From NCBI GenBank assembly GCA_025359185.1, contig JANYHF010000106.1, positions 4,795 through 68,794 of the forward strand: a stretch of DNA of 64,000 nt, in the 5' to 3' direction. Source of the DNA: Hyphomicrobiaceae bacterium. GTDB lineage: Bacteria > Pseudomonadota > Alphaproteobacteria > Rhizobiales > Hyphomicrobiaceae. The notes under the pieces were generated by a model. It ran no database searches. It saw only the letters and a program-made list of their open reading frames with translations, and was not told the origin of the DNA. Positions 1 to 10,768 of this stretch are shown piece after piece (position 1 is the stretch's first letter; every line of letters begins with the position of its first letter). The translations under genes and the position numbers were made by a program.

Positions 1-1049
1 TGGCCGAAGAAGAAACCGGCGTGGATTAGGGCTTGACCCGGAACGGGCTGACCTTGGCTGTCAAAGAGCGGAACACGGCGCTTCAGAATGCCCGCGCGCT
101 TCAGGGCCAGGAACCCGTCGACCAGCATTTCGCTGCACGCATAGAGTCCGGTGTCGAAGGGCGTAAGTTCGGCGCCAACAGCCAAAGGCATGGCGAGCGC
201 CTTCAGCATGGCTTTGAACTCAGCATTGCGGGTGTGCCGTAGGATCAGCGCGTGAGTCAGTGCGTCCGCGAACGAACCGATACCGATTTGCAGCGTCCCG
301 CCATCCTTGATCTGGGTCGCGACCTGCAAAGCGATGGCGTAGGCGTTGAGCGGCACAGCTTCGCGCGGCAGCGACAATATGGGGAAATGGGGAGCGTGTG
401 GCGTCAGCAGCACATCGAAGCCGTCGCGCGAAACCTCAGCCTCGCCGGGCATGAAGGGCAGATTGGCGTTGACCTCGCCCGCCACCACGACCGGCAGCCC
501 TGCTTTGCGCAGCCTGGTGATGTAATCGGCCATATCGAGCGCAATATCGGGATTGCTGCTTAGGCTGAGCGTCTCGCCGCCATCGGGGTCGGGTGCCACC
601 AGTTGGGCAAAGACATTGATTCCGGTACGCCGCAGATGGCCCGCAACTGCCGCATAACCGAGGCTGACGAACTCTTGTTGTACATGGGGATTGTTGAGCC
701 AGGCCCCGGCTTGCAGGAAAAACTCATGCACTTTGATGTTGGCGGGCAATGTGCCTTCGGTCAACGCCCGGGCGTGCGCTAGCTCCGGATAACCAGCAAA
801 CATCGCTTCGACAATCGGACCGGCAAAACGCCGCTCCAGGTCACCCTTGAAGCGTGGCTTCATCAGTGTCAGACCGCTGAAGATTTCCAGCGACAACCGC
901 TTGTCTGCCGCAACCAGTCCGTACAACGCATTGAGCAGCAGATTGGGCTTGCCGATAGCGACCGCAGCTGCCACGCGCAATTCACAGCCCACCTGATCGA
1001 TGATGTATTCGGCGGCTTTGACCGGATCATCGAAGGTGGCGGTTGGCAC
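1..1049 (-). CDS. acetyl-CoA hydrolase/transferase family protein, partial (C-terminal end lies beyond the left window edge)
   Basis: Absent from the ORF track because it is open to the window edge. Hand translation of the minus strand from GTG at 1047-1049 reads (V)PTATFDDPVKAAEYIIDQVGCELRVAAAVAIGKPNLLLNALYGLVAADKRLSLEIFSGLTLMKPRFKGD... and stays open to nt 3 (...GLYACSEMLVDGFLALKRAGILKRR...HAGFFFG). The GKPN..NAL and SEM.VDG..L.RAGILK blocks are typical of this family. Start codon choice uncertain. Confidence 0.6.
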   Translation of the reverse strand, partial: MPTATFDDPVKAAEYIIDQVGCELRVAAAVAIGKPNLLLNALYGLVAADKRLSLEIFSGLTLMKPRFKGDLERRFAGPIVEAMFAGYPELAHARALTEGTLPANIKVHEFFLQAGAWLNNPHVQQEFVSLGYAAVAGHLRRTGINVFAQLVAPDPDGGETLSLSSNPDIALDMADYITRLRKAGLPVVVAGEVNANLPFMPGEAEVSRDGFDVLLTPHAPHFPILSLPREAVPLNAYAIALQVATQIKDGGTLQIGIGSFADALTHALILRHTRNAEFKAMLKALAMPLAVGAELTPFDTGLYACSEMLVDGFLALKRAGILKRRVPLFDSQGQPVPGQALIHAGFFFG

Positions 1050-1059
1050 GCGGATATTC

Positions 1060-1737
1060 CTAAGGCTGCCGGTCAGAACCAAGAATGGCCAGCACCTGGT
1101 GGCCCGTGGCGCCCCGCTCCAGGCGATGAAAATCGGCAGGCAGAGTCAAGGCTTGTTCCAGCAGCTTCTGGAACGCATCGCGGCTGACTTCGAGGGCGCC
1201 GAACTGGCGTAAGTGTTCGGTCACGAACTGGGCATCGAGCAGGCTGAAACCGCCATCCTTGAGCCGCGCCACCAAATGCACCAGGGCGGTTTTGCTCGCA
1301 TCACTCACGGTGGAAAACATGCTCTCGCCGAAGAACGCGCCCTGGAGGTGCACGCCGTAAAGGCCACCGGCCAGTTTGCCCTCGAACCAGGTTTCGACGG
1401 TGTGGCAGATGCCGAGATCAAACAGCTCCCGGTAGAGCTGCCGGATGCGGCCATTGATCCAGGTGGTGCGGCGGCCTTGCTTGGGGGCGGCGCAGCCTTC
1501 GATCACGGCATCAAAGTCGCTGTCGATGCGCACCTCGAAACGGTCCTGCCGGATAGTACGAGCAAGGCGGCCGGGCACATGCAAATCCGTCAGCGGAATG
1601 ATGCCCCGATGCTGCGGTTCGACCCAGTAAAGGGCAGGGTCCTCCGCATTCTCTGCCATCGGAAAAATCCCGCAGGCATAGGCCTTCAGCAGCACCTGCG
1701 GCGTGATTTCAATGTTTCTGCGCGTGTTCGTCGACAT
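1060..1737 (-). CDS. aat: leucyl/phenylalanyl-tRNA--protein transferase
   Basis: ORF 1060..1857. Body ([65 protein letters not shown]) matches L/F-transferase. Start trimmed to ATG at 1735-1737 (MSTNTRRN...); the 40 upstream codons look non-coding. Confidence 0.9.
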   Translation of the reverse strand: MSTNTRRNIEITPQVLLKAYACGIFPMAENAEDPALYWVEPQHRGIIPLTDLHVPGRLARTIRQDRFEVRIDSDFDAVIEGCAAPKQGRRTTWINGRIRQLYRELFDLGICHTVETWFEGKLAGGLYGVHLQGAFFGESMFSTVSDASKTALVHLVARLKDGGFSLLDAQFVTEHLRQFGALEVSRDAFQKLLEQALTLPADFHRLERGATGHQVLAILGSDRQP

Positions 1738-1920
1738 GGCAGCGCTTTTTGTCCGGTTCGGCCCGCCCTCCTGCATTCTAGTCCGAGATGGCCGCGCTGC
1801 GCTACTGCCGTTACCCAAGTCGAAATGCGTGATTTTATTGCACAGCTTTCCCGCCACACCCCCACCTTGGTCCTCACCCTTCGAAAAGGCCGTAATGCCT
1901 GCAGTGAACCAAAAGACAGT

Positions 1921-3270
<1,350 letters not shown>

Positions 3271-3299
3271 GGGGGCGTCCTCGCCGATCTTGACAGGTG

Positions 3300-3770
3300 T
3301 CACTCGATGATCACGAGCGGTTCGCCGTACTCGACCGGCTGGCCCGTCTCCACCATCACGCGGACCACCGTGCCGGCGCGGGGCGCGGGGATCTGGTTCA
3401 TGGTCTTCATGGCTTCGATGATCAGTAGCGTCTGGCCTTGCGTGACTTTACTGCCCACTTCCACAAACGGCGGCGTCGTCGGGGAGGGAGAACGATAGGC
3501 CGTCCCAACCATGGGCGACTTGACGGCTCCAGGATGATCGGCAGCTTCGGCTTTGGCGTTGGCCGGAGCCGGTATGGCGTTCCCCGGTTGACCCATTGGC
3601 GCTGGCGCGGCGGCAAAATTGCCAACGCTCGCGCCCATGGATAGGCCGCGCGCGACCCGCAGCCGAAGGCCCTTCTTCTCGATCTCGATCTCAGTAAGAC
3701 CCGTACTGGTCAGCAGCTCTGCCAGCTCCAGGATCAGCTCACGTTCAATAGTGGTTTTTTCTTCGGCCAT
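3300..3770 (-). CDS. accB: acetyl-CoA carboxylase biotin carboxyl carrier protein
   Basis: 156 aa with an Ala/Pro linker and a C-terminal biotinyl domain carrying the EAMKTMNQI biotinylation motif. Lies immediately upstream of accC. Confidence 0.95.
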   Translation of the reverse strand: MAEEKTTIERELILELAELLTSTGLTEIEIEKKGLRLRVARGLSMGASVGNFAAAPAPMGQPGNAIPAPANAKAEAADHPGAVKSPMVGTAYRSPSPTTPPFVEVGSKVTQGQTLLIIEAMKTMNQIPAPRAGTVVRVMVETGQPVEYGEPLVIIE

Positions 3771-3874
3771 GTCCTCGTCCGTATTCCGGCCTCACAACTT
3801 AAAGACGAACGCGCACCCGCACACATCTTCAATAGTGCGCACGCTGCTGGCGCGCAACGGCAGAGGATGCTCGC

Positions 3875-4342
3875 CTAGGCCCCTTGTCGGGGCGCCTCTT
3901 TCTTGCCGGTCTCGGGTCCGCTGGCAAGCGCTTCGAGGGCCAGTTCATAGCCTTTCGGCCCAAAACCGCAAATGACGCCCAATGCGGCAGGTGAAACATA
4001 AGAAGTGTGCCGGAAGGCTTCGCGACGGAATACATTGCTCAAATGCACTTCGATTATGGGCACGTCTGCTGCGCGCAAGGCGTCGTGAATGGCGATTGAG
4101 GTGTGGGTGTATGCGCCTGCATTCAAAACAATCGCGGCAGACTTGCCGCGCGCCTCTTGAATCCAGGTGACGAGTTCGCCCTCGATATTGCTCTGGCGGA
4201 AGTCCACGCATAGCCCCAGGGCCTTAGCGCGGGTCTCGCAGCGCTTGCGCAGATCCTCAAGGGTCTCCGTGCCATAGATTTCCTGCTCGCGCAGGCCGAG
4301 CATGTTCAGATTTGGCCCGTTCAAGATGTAGATGGGCTTCAT
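3875..4342 (-). CDS. aroQ: type II 3-dehydroquinate dehydratase
   Basis: [55 protein letters not shown] are characteristic AroQ blocks. Classic aroQ-accB-accC arrangement. Confidence 0.93.
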   Translation of the reverse strand: MKPIYILNGPNLNMLGLREQEIYGTETLEDLRKRCETRAKALGLCVDFRQSNIEGELVTWIQEARGKSAAIVLNAGAYTHTSIAIHDALRAADVPIIEVHLSNVFRREAFRHTSYVSPAALGVICGFGPKGYELALEALASGPETGKKEAPRQGA

Positions 4343-4434
4343 GGATGATGTGCACTCTCAATTGCGTGCGGGCGGCCTGCTTGCCCGGCCGAAGCCCTGC
4401 GAAGTCTGCCCTCGTGCAGCATTCGCCTTGGCGA

Positions 4435-4457
4435 AAGGGCGACCGCAGGTCGCCCTT
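4435..4457 (-). terminator. hairpin AAGGGCGACC-GCA-GGTCGCCCTT downstream of the DsbA-like gene (weak U tract; also a member of a short repeat family)
   Basis: Perfect 10-bp stem read directly, about 20 nt past the stop at 4477. On the minus strand it is followed only by TTTCGCC. A related GGGCGAC..GTCGCCC hairpin occurs at 39417-39435. Confidence 0.35.
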
Positions 4458-4476
4458 ACAGCGTTAGAACTGCTGA

Positions 4477-5298
4477 CTAGCAGACCTTACAGCCGTTCTT
4501 GCGCACGTCACCAATCATCGAGGCCAGCTGGTCGTAAAGATCTTCGGGCGCCCCGGGGATGACTTTGTTATCGACGATGAAGTGCGGCGTGCCGTTGATG
4601 CCAAGCTTACCAGCCAGTGCCGAATTGTCCTTCAGCAGCTTGGTGGTTTCGGGCGAGTTGGCATCCATTTTCAACTTGGCAATGTCCAGCCCCAGCTTGT
4701 CAGCCAGCTTATAGGCGGCATCCTCGCTGTTGGAGCCCTTGTGCAGCAGCAGGTCGCGATGCAGTTCCCAATACTTGCCCTGCTTGCCCGCGGCGATGGC
4801 CACGCGCGCGGCGCCTTCGCTGTCCTTGCCGAAGATCGGAAAGTCAACGAACGTGACATGGACTTTCTTGTCGGCATCGATAAGCTTGCCGATGGGTTCC
4901 ACGGCGTCGCGGCAATGAATACAGTTGTAGTCGAAGAATTCCACAACCGTGACGTCGCCCTTCTGGTCGCCACCATAGGGCATGGACGTGTTTTTGAACA
5001 GGCTGGCAGCGTTGGCGGCCAAGGCTTTGCCGGAGGCTTCCTGCCGGGCCGCTTCCTGCTTCTGATCAAGCACGCGCTGAACTTCGAGCATGAGTTCCGG
5101 ATTCTTGAGAAGATAGGCCTTGATGATGGATTCGATCTGATCTTTTTGTCCATCGCTGAACCCGTCATTGGCGGCGACAGCCTTGCCGCCTGGGCCGGAC
5201 AGGCCAACGCTCAGAGCAAAACCGGCGCCAATGGCAAGCGCCAAAGCGGCAGCGCGCAACGAACGTTTCAGCGCGATCGGGAAAAATTCAAAGGTCAT
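4477..5298 (-). CDS. DsbA-family thiol:disulfide oxidoreductase (periplasmic)
   Basis: Signal-peptide-like N-terminus (LRAAALALAIGAGFALSVGL) and a thioredoxin-fold region with CxxC in VEFFDYNCIHCRD. Confidence 0.85.
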   Translation of the reverse strand: MTFEFFPIALKRSLRAAALALAIGAGFALSVGLSGPGGKAVAANDGFSDGQKDQIESIIKAYLLKNPELMLEVQRVLDQKQEAARQEASGKALAANAASLFKNTSMPYGGDQKGDVTVVEFFDYNCIHCRDAVEPIGKLIDADKKVHVTFVDFPIFGKDSEGAARVAIAAGKQGKYWELHRDLLLHKGSNSEDAAYKLADKLGLDIAKLKMDANSPETTKLLKDNSALAGKLGINGTPHFIVDNKVIPGAPEDLYDQLASMIGDVRKNGCKVC

Positions 5299-5393
5299 GG
5301 GTGCTTGGTTCCTTGGCTGTTATCCGATGATGCTTGCCTTCAGGGTCGCTGTAAATATGGCACAAGTTCAAATTAATGCGACCTGAACAGCGA

Positions 5394-6875
5394 TCACTGG
5401 CTCTGCTGTTCCTGAATGTTTAATATATCATCGGCCTTAAGCCATCCTTGCGACCCGGCTGGCAAAATCGCTTGGGCCCGCTTGGCAAAGCCCTTGGCGT
5501 CCTTGGTGCGGCCTTCCAGGGCCGATGCCTGGGCCGACGCTAGATCCGCTTCGCCCTCCTGGCCAAGCCCGAAATAGGCAGTCGCCAGTTGCCGGTAGGC
5601 ATCGGAATTCTCATCCGCAACGACAGCCTTGCGAAGGAGTTTAACGATTTCGGGCAAGTAACGCTTGTCCTGTGTCCCCAGTAGCTCTTGGGCCAGCTCC
5701 GCCTGGAACAGGCTTTGCGATGGGATCATTTCGAGCGCCTTGCGCAGGGCCGCGACCGCCTCGGCATGTTTGCCACGCTTGGCGAGAAAATCGGCCTTTT
5801 GCTCCCAGAAGTAGCCATAGTCCGGCTTGTCGCGGATGAGGCCTTCGATCAGCCCCAGCGCCTGGTCCAATGCCGAACCGTTGAAGGCGGCGATGGAGCG
5901 CGCATAGCGGGCAGCAAGGCTGGTGTTGCTGGCGGGATAGTGATTGAACACCGCTTGTGGTGTTTCGAGAAAGCCGACCAGCTTGGCCCGCATCAGATCG
6001 TGCCGCAGTTGCCGCTCGGGTGGATCGAGGTCGTCGAAGTAGGGCGACGCGGACGCCAGCTGCGTCAGCTGCGCGATACGGTCACGTGCCATCGGATGGC
6101 TGCTCAAATAACTAGAGCCGCCGCCGACACCAGCCAACATCTCTTCGTCCGCGAACTTCTGGAACGTGACCAGCATCCCTTTCCCGGACTGATGCGTTGC
6201 GGTGAGAAACTTGATGCCAGCCTGATCGGCCGAGTATTCCTGCACGCGTCGGTAGGATAGGATCGAGCGCTGCGCAATATCGGGCGTTGCCGACAGCACG
6301 GATTGCCCGATGCCGGTCGTCGTCGCCTTGTCGCCCATGTTGCCGGTTGCGCCAGCAATCATGGCGCCGATGCCCATAATCTGCATCAACATCGCCATCG
6401 ACGCATCGCGGGAGATTTTCGCCCGTAGCGCTGCCATGTGCCCGCCCGCGATATGCCCGGTTTCGTGGGCCAACACGCCGATGACAGCGTTGGGTGTTTC
6501 GGCCTGCACCAGCGCCCCTGTGTTGATAAACACATTACGCCCGTCGAGGACGAAAGCGTTGAAGGTGTTGTCCTGGATGACTCGCACTTTGATGTGCTGA
6601 GAGCCAAGACCTGCCGCGCGAAACACGGGCTTGGCATAGTCGGCCAGCAGATCCTCGATTTCGGCGTCGCGGATGAAGCGCAGAGATTGTGCGCTGGCAA
6701 CCATGGGTTGGCAGACGAACAGGGTGGCGAGCAATCCTGCCAGCCCGTGCCAGGCCCAATCGAAAACAACGGAATTGGTCAATCTGCACAAGTTGACGGT
6801 TCCAGTTCCAAGTAGATTGAATTCAACACTCGCGTCATGTCGTTCACACATCGTCATGGCAGCGGAGGCTGCCAT
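5394..6875 (-). CDS. M48 family metallopeptidase with TPR-like C-terminal half (BepA/YfgC-like architecture)
   Basis: HExxH zinc motif in GVLAHETGHIAGGH, followed by a helical repeat region (AVAALRKALEMIP..., AYRQLATAYFGLGQEGEA). N-terminal hydrophobic segment present. True start may be one of the internal Met codons. Confidence 0.85.
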   Translation of the reverse strand: MAASAAMTMCERHDASVEFNLLGTGTVNLCRLTNSVVFDWAWHGLAGLLATLFVCQPMVASAQSLRFIRDAEIEDLLADYAKPVFRAAGLGSQHIKVRVIQDNTFNAFVLDGRNVFINTGALVQAETPNAVIGVLAHETGHIAGGHMAALRAKISRDASMAMLMQIMGIGAMIAGATGNMGDKATTTGIGQSVLSATPDIAQRSILSYRRVQEYSADQAGIKFLTATHQSGKGMLVTFQKFADEEMLAGVGGGSSYLSSHPMARDRIAQLTQLASASPYFDDLDPPERQLRHDLMRAKLVGFLETPQAVFNHYPASNTSLAARYARSIAAFNGSALDQALGLIEGLIRDKPDYGYFWEQKADFLAKRGKHAEAVAALRKALEMIPSQSLFQAELAQELLGTQDKRYLPEIVKLLRKAVVADENSDAYRQLATAYFGLGQEGEADLASAQASALEGRTKDAKGFAKRAQAILPAGSQGWLKADDILNIQEQQSQ

Positions 6876-7078
6876 GACGATCAGGGGATCGCCCGATTGA
6901 CGGCACTGCGTAACGCGAAACGTCCGCAGCTATTGGGCAATACCAACTTCGGTCCGATCTGCACTGCGGTTTGCAAGCCACGTAAACCGGTCTTCACCCC
7001 TGATTGGGGCGGCATGGTGGCTGGTACGGGCGTTGTCACCGGCCGAGTGTTCGCACATGGCCGGTGCGCATTTTGGCA

Positions 7079-9955
7079 TCAACCACCACTGAAGCGCTTG
7101 GTCCACCAACCGCGTTTGGCTGGACCACGCTGTTCATCATCGGCGGCTGGCTCAGGCAGTACGGCTGCGGGCTCAGGCGCCGCCCGAACGGGCGCAGGTT
7201 CTGGTGGGACATGCTGGAATGCTGACCCAACGGCCAAGGCGGCGTCTGCGTGCGCCGGGTGTGCGACAGTTTGTTCGCGCTCAGGGCGGACAGCGGCGAT
7301 GACAGGTTCGAACGCGACGGGGACAAGGTCACGCTCTGCCGGCCGGTGGATCGGGGCAGTGATGTCGCTGACTGCAGCCTCGTCATGACGCGATGGTTCG
7401 GCAACTTGGATACGGCCATTACGGTCCCAGGGCGTCGCCGTGACATCGGGCTGTTCCGCGCCGGGGGCCGACGTCGAGAGATCAGGCACCCACGTCTCAC
7501 GCGTTGCGCCGGTCACGGGCGCATCGCTGGCCTCGCCTGGAGCGCCTTCGCCACCCTCACGCCCACCACGGCGGTTGCGGCGTCCACCACGGCGGCCACG
7601 GCGGCGGCCACGGCGCTCGGCGCTGTCACCGGCCTCGGTGCTTTCGGCTCCATCAGCGGCCCCGGTTTCAGTATCATCGCCAGCATCGGCTGATCCAACC
7701 TCTTCGACACCTCCAGCTTGGGAGTTGCTGTCGCCGTTCGCTTGCGCCGCAGATCCCTCGGCACGCTCGGTGCGATTGCGGGAACTATCGCTACTGGCGT
7801 GCTGGCCGCCGCGCTCGTCACGTTCGCCGCGGCCACCACGGCGGCGGCGGCGAGATCGCTTGCGATCACCGTTCTCGCCGGTTGCTTCCTTAGCGTCGTC
7901 TTCCGTTTCGGGGCTGTCATCCGTTACAGCAACAACTGGGACATCATGCTCGTCAGACTCGTAGCCAGCCGACTCTAGTTGCACGGCAGCCGGGCGCGGT
8001 GCGCGGACCGGCTCGGTGCTGATGGGCTCACCAGTTGTATCGACGCGGAAGTTGGAGCCTTGCAGCTGCGCATCCGCATCAATTTCAATCGACACGCCAT
8101 AGCGCTGCTCGATGTCCCGAAGATAGGAGCGCTTCTCGTTGAGCAGATAGAGCGCCGCCTCGATCGAGGTGGTGGCCACGAGGTTATGCGCGTGGCGGCC
8201 CATCAGGTTGTCTTCCAGCGCGCGCAGCACCGCGAGCGCAACCGATTCCACCGAGCGGATAAGGCCGGTGCCCTGGCAATGCGGGCACTGGGTGGTTGAG
8301 CCTTCGAGCACGCCAGTACGCAGGCGCTGGCGCGACATTTCCATCAGGCCGAAATGGCTGATGCGGCCGATCTGGATACGGGCCCGGTCAAAGCGCAGGG
8401 CTTCTTTCAGGCGGCGTTCGACGGCGCGGTTGTTGCGCCGCTCTTCCATATCGATGAAGTCGATGACGATAAGGCCAGCGAGGTCACGCAACCGCAGTTG
8501 CCGGGAGATTTCGTCGGCCGCTTCGAGGTTGGTGACGTGGGCGGTTTCCTCGATAGAATGCTCGCGCGTGGATTTGCCCGAGTTCACGTCGATGGCGACC
8601 AGCGCTTCTGTCTGATTGATGACGATATAGCCGCCCGAACGCAGCGTCACATAGGGGCTATACATTGCATTGAGCTGGCGCTCGATCTGATAGCGCGCGA
8701 ACAGCGGTTCGGTATCAGCATAATGCTTCACGTTCTTGACGTGGCTCGGCATCATCATGTGCATGAAGTCGCGGGCACCGTCATAGGCGTCCTGACCCGA
8801 GACGATGATTTCGTCAATATCCTTAGAATAGAGATCGCGGATCGAGCGCTTGACGAGACTGCCCTCTTCATAAACCAGCGCTGGGGCCGACGAGGTAAGC
8901 GTCAGATCGCGCACACTCTCCCAGAGCCGCGACAGATACTCGAAATCGCGCTTGATTTCCGCAACCGCGCGCGAGGCGCCCGCTGTGCGAACGATCAGGC
9001 CCATGCCGTCGGGCACTTGCAGCTCGGTGGTGATTTCCTTGAGGCGCTTGCGGTCAACCGCGTTGGTGATCTTCCGCGAAATGCCGCCGCCACGGGCTGT
9101 ATTTGGCATCAGCACGGTGTAGCGGCCAGCCAGAGACAAGTAGGTCGTCAGCGCCGCGCCCTTGTTACCGCGCTCCTCCTTAACGATCTGCACCAGGATG
9201 ATCTGGCGGCGCTTGATCACCTCTTGGATCTTGTATTGCGCGCGGCGTGGACGGCGGCGGCGCTCCGTGGTTTCCTCGGGCGTCTCCTCGGTGGCGGGCG
9301 CTTCATGGCCATTGCCCGGCGCGGGATGGGCATCGTCATGGACGGTAGCAATCACGTCAGACCCAAGCGGTTCGTCACTGCTGAGTTCCACAGGTGGCAA
9401 GAGGTCGGTCAAGGCTGTGGCAGACCGTAAGATCGGCTCGGCGTTTGCAGCGGCCAAAGTGCTGCCGTGCACCCCATCGGCACTGCCAGGCTCGACGGCC
9501 ATCGGCGTGGGTTCTTCAACGTCCCAGGGGACAGAACCGCCGCCGACCTCTTCAACTTCGGACGGGCCGGTCTCGGGGATTTCGCTGTCTTCGGCCGAGC
9601 GATCGCGTGTGCGCTGCGGGCCGCGCTCCCCCAGTTCGGCATCGCGGCGGGCTTCGTCGGCGGCTGCTTCGGCCTCTTCGCGCAACAGCGCCTGCCGGTC
9701 AGCGACGGGGATCTGGTAGTAGTCGGGGTGGATTTCACTGAAGGCCAGAAAGCCGTGACGGTTGCCGCCGTAGTCAACAAAGGCGGCTTGGAGCGATGGC
9801 TCTACGCGGGTGATCTTGGCGAGGTAAATATTGCCGCGCAGCAGTTTCTTGGCGGCGCTTTCAAAGTCGAATTCCTCAATTCGGTTGCCGCGCAGCACCA
9901 CGACCCGCGTTTCTTCCGGGTGGGCCGCATCGATCAGCATCTTGTCGGTTGTCAT
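7079..9955 (-). CDS. rne: ribonuclease E
   Basis: MTTDKMLIDAAHPEETRVVVLRGNRIEEFDFES..., IVKEERGNKGAALTTYLSLAGRY, CPHCQGTGLIRS (Zn-link), then an Arg/Glu/Gly-rich degradosome-scaffold-like tail. Start trimmed to ATG at 9953-9955. The track's 61 extra N-terminal codons run into the leader. Confidence 0.93.
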   Translation of the reverse strand: MTTDKMLIDAAHPEETRVVVLRGNRIEEFDFESAAKKLLRGNIYLAKITRVEPSLQAAFVDYGGNRHGFLAFSEIHPDYYQIPVADRQALLREEAEAAADEARRDAELGERGPQRTRDRSAEDSEIPETGPSEVEEVGGGSVPWDVEEPTPMAVEPGSADGVHGSTLAAANAEPILRSATALTDLLPPVELSSDEPLGSDVIATVHDDAHPAPGNGHEAPATEETPEETTERRRRPRRAQYKIQEVIKRRQIILVQIVKEERGNKGAALTTYLSLAGRYTVLMPNTARGGGISRKITNAVDRKRLKEITTELQVPDGMGLIVRTAGASRAVAEIKRDFEYLSRLWESVRDLTLTSSAPALVYEEGSLVKRSIRDLYSKDIDEIIVSGQDAYDGARDFMHMMMPSHVKNVKHYADTEPLFARYQIERQLNAMYSPYVTLRSGGYIVINQTEALVAIDVNSGKSTREHSIEETAHVTNLEAADEISRQLRLRDLAGLIVIDFIDMEERRNNRAVERRLKEALRFDRARIQIGRISHFGLMEMSRQRLRTGVLEGSTTQCPHCQGTGLIRSVESVALAVLRALEDNLMGRHAHNLVATTSIEAALYLLNEKRSYLRDIEQRYGVSIEIDADAQLQGSNFRVDTTGEPISTEPVRAPRPAAVQLESAGYESDEHDVPVVAVTDDSPETEDDAKEATGENGDRKRSRRRRRGGRGERDERGGQHASSDSSRNRTERAEGSAAQANGDSNSQAGGVEEVGSADAGDDTETGAADGAESTEAGDSAERRGRRRGRRGGRRNRRGGREGGEGAPGEASDAPVTGATRETWVPDLSTSAPGAEQPDVTATPWDRNGRIQVAEPSRHDEAAVSDITAPIHRPAERDLVPVAFEPVIAAVRPEREQTVAHPAHADAALAVGSAFQHVPPEPAPVRAAPEPAAVLPEPAADDEQRGPAKRGWWTKRFSGG

Positions 9956-10768
9956 AGTGGGTTGTCCTTGGCGCGCAGCCGTTGCCGCTCGCAGCCCTAG
10001 GCCAAAGGCCAAAGGGCACGCGCGCATTTGGGGCTGCCGCAATTGTTTGTTGGGCAATGCCAGCAGGCATGAAGGGCGCGCGAACGCGAGCCCCCGACGC
10101 GCAGAACGCAGCCTCAGCGGGCCTTGTTCGTCTTGCATCCTGTCCTGGGCATTGCAGGTTTGTCATCTTTTCCATCTGGCCACGGCACCCAACGGGTCCG
10201 CCAGCCTTTCAAATTTTGCAGTGCGAACCAAAAAAACTGCACTTGGTCCGCTTCCGGCGGCGCCCCCGCTGAGGGCTGCCCGCACGGCCGGGCTAAGGTC
10301 TTGTGAACCAAAGCGCCGGATGCACACAAACTAATCTTCGCGTTCCATAGCGGGGACGCGAGTAAAGTCTGCGAAAAAGTCTTGCGGCAATCTTTCTGGC
10401 CGCGACACCGCTGCGCGCTGCCAGCAATTTTAGATTGCGGGCGCTTGCACCGATCAAGGGCTCCAATGGCCGCCGATTCGCATTCCATATTCAGTCGCAG
10501 ACCGATGCGCAATCCAACCCACACATAACATGCATGTGCAATGGTATGACGATCACCCCCGGTCCGCTGTCGAAGCAGAACGCGCGATGAAGATATAGCC
10601 GTTGCCGACTCTCTATTCAAGGAATTACGGTCATTCGGATCACCAGACTTCAGATCGTTGGGGCTGGGTTTGGCCGCGCCCAAGCCTCAATGGTGCCTGA
10701 TATCGCCATTACCTGGTTTATTGGCGGTTAATTGTGTTTTGAGACAGTTTGGACCTGGCGGTTAGAGC
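9956..10768 (-). promoter_or_regulatory. long (~0.8 kb) non-coding region upstream of rne (probable rne 5' leader plus divergent amiC promoter region)
   Basis: No convincing ORF on either strand (only low-complexity Arg/Ala/Pro-rich translations), and GC is locally lower. rne genes are known to have long autoregulatory leaders. The extent of the transcribed leader is not determinable from sequence. Confidence 0.4.

Noticed and set aside
7250-10000. Multiple plus-strand ORFs of 100-360 aa (e.g. 8354..9430, 9162..9719, 7440..7964)
   Set aside because: All are antisense to rne. They are Arg/Pro/Ser/Ala-rich low-complexity translations produced by the repetitive GC-rich coding strand.
10114-10683. 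189-aa minus-strand ORF in the rne upstream region
   Set aside because: No SD and odd composition (many Cys, Arg, Trp). It lies in what is more plausibly the rne leader and the amiC promoter region.
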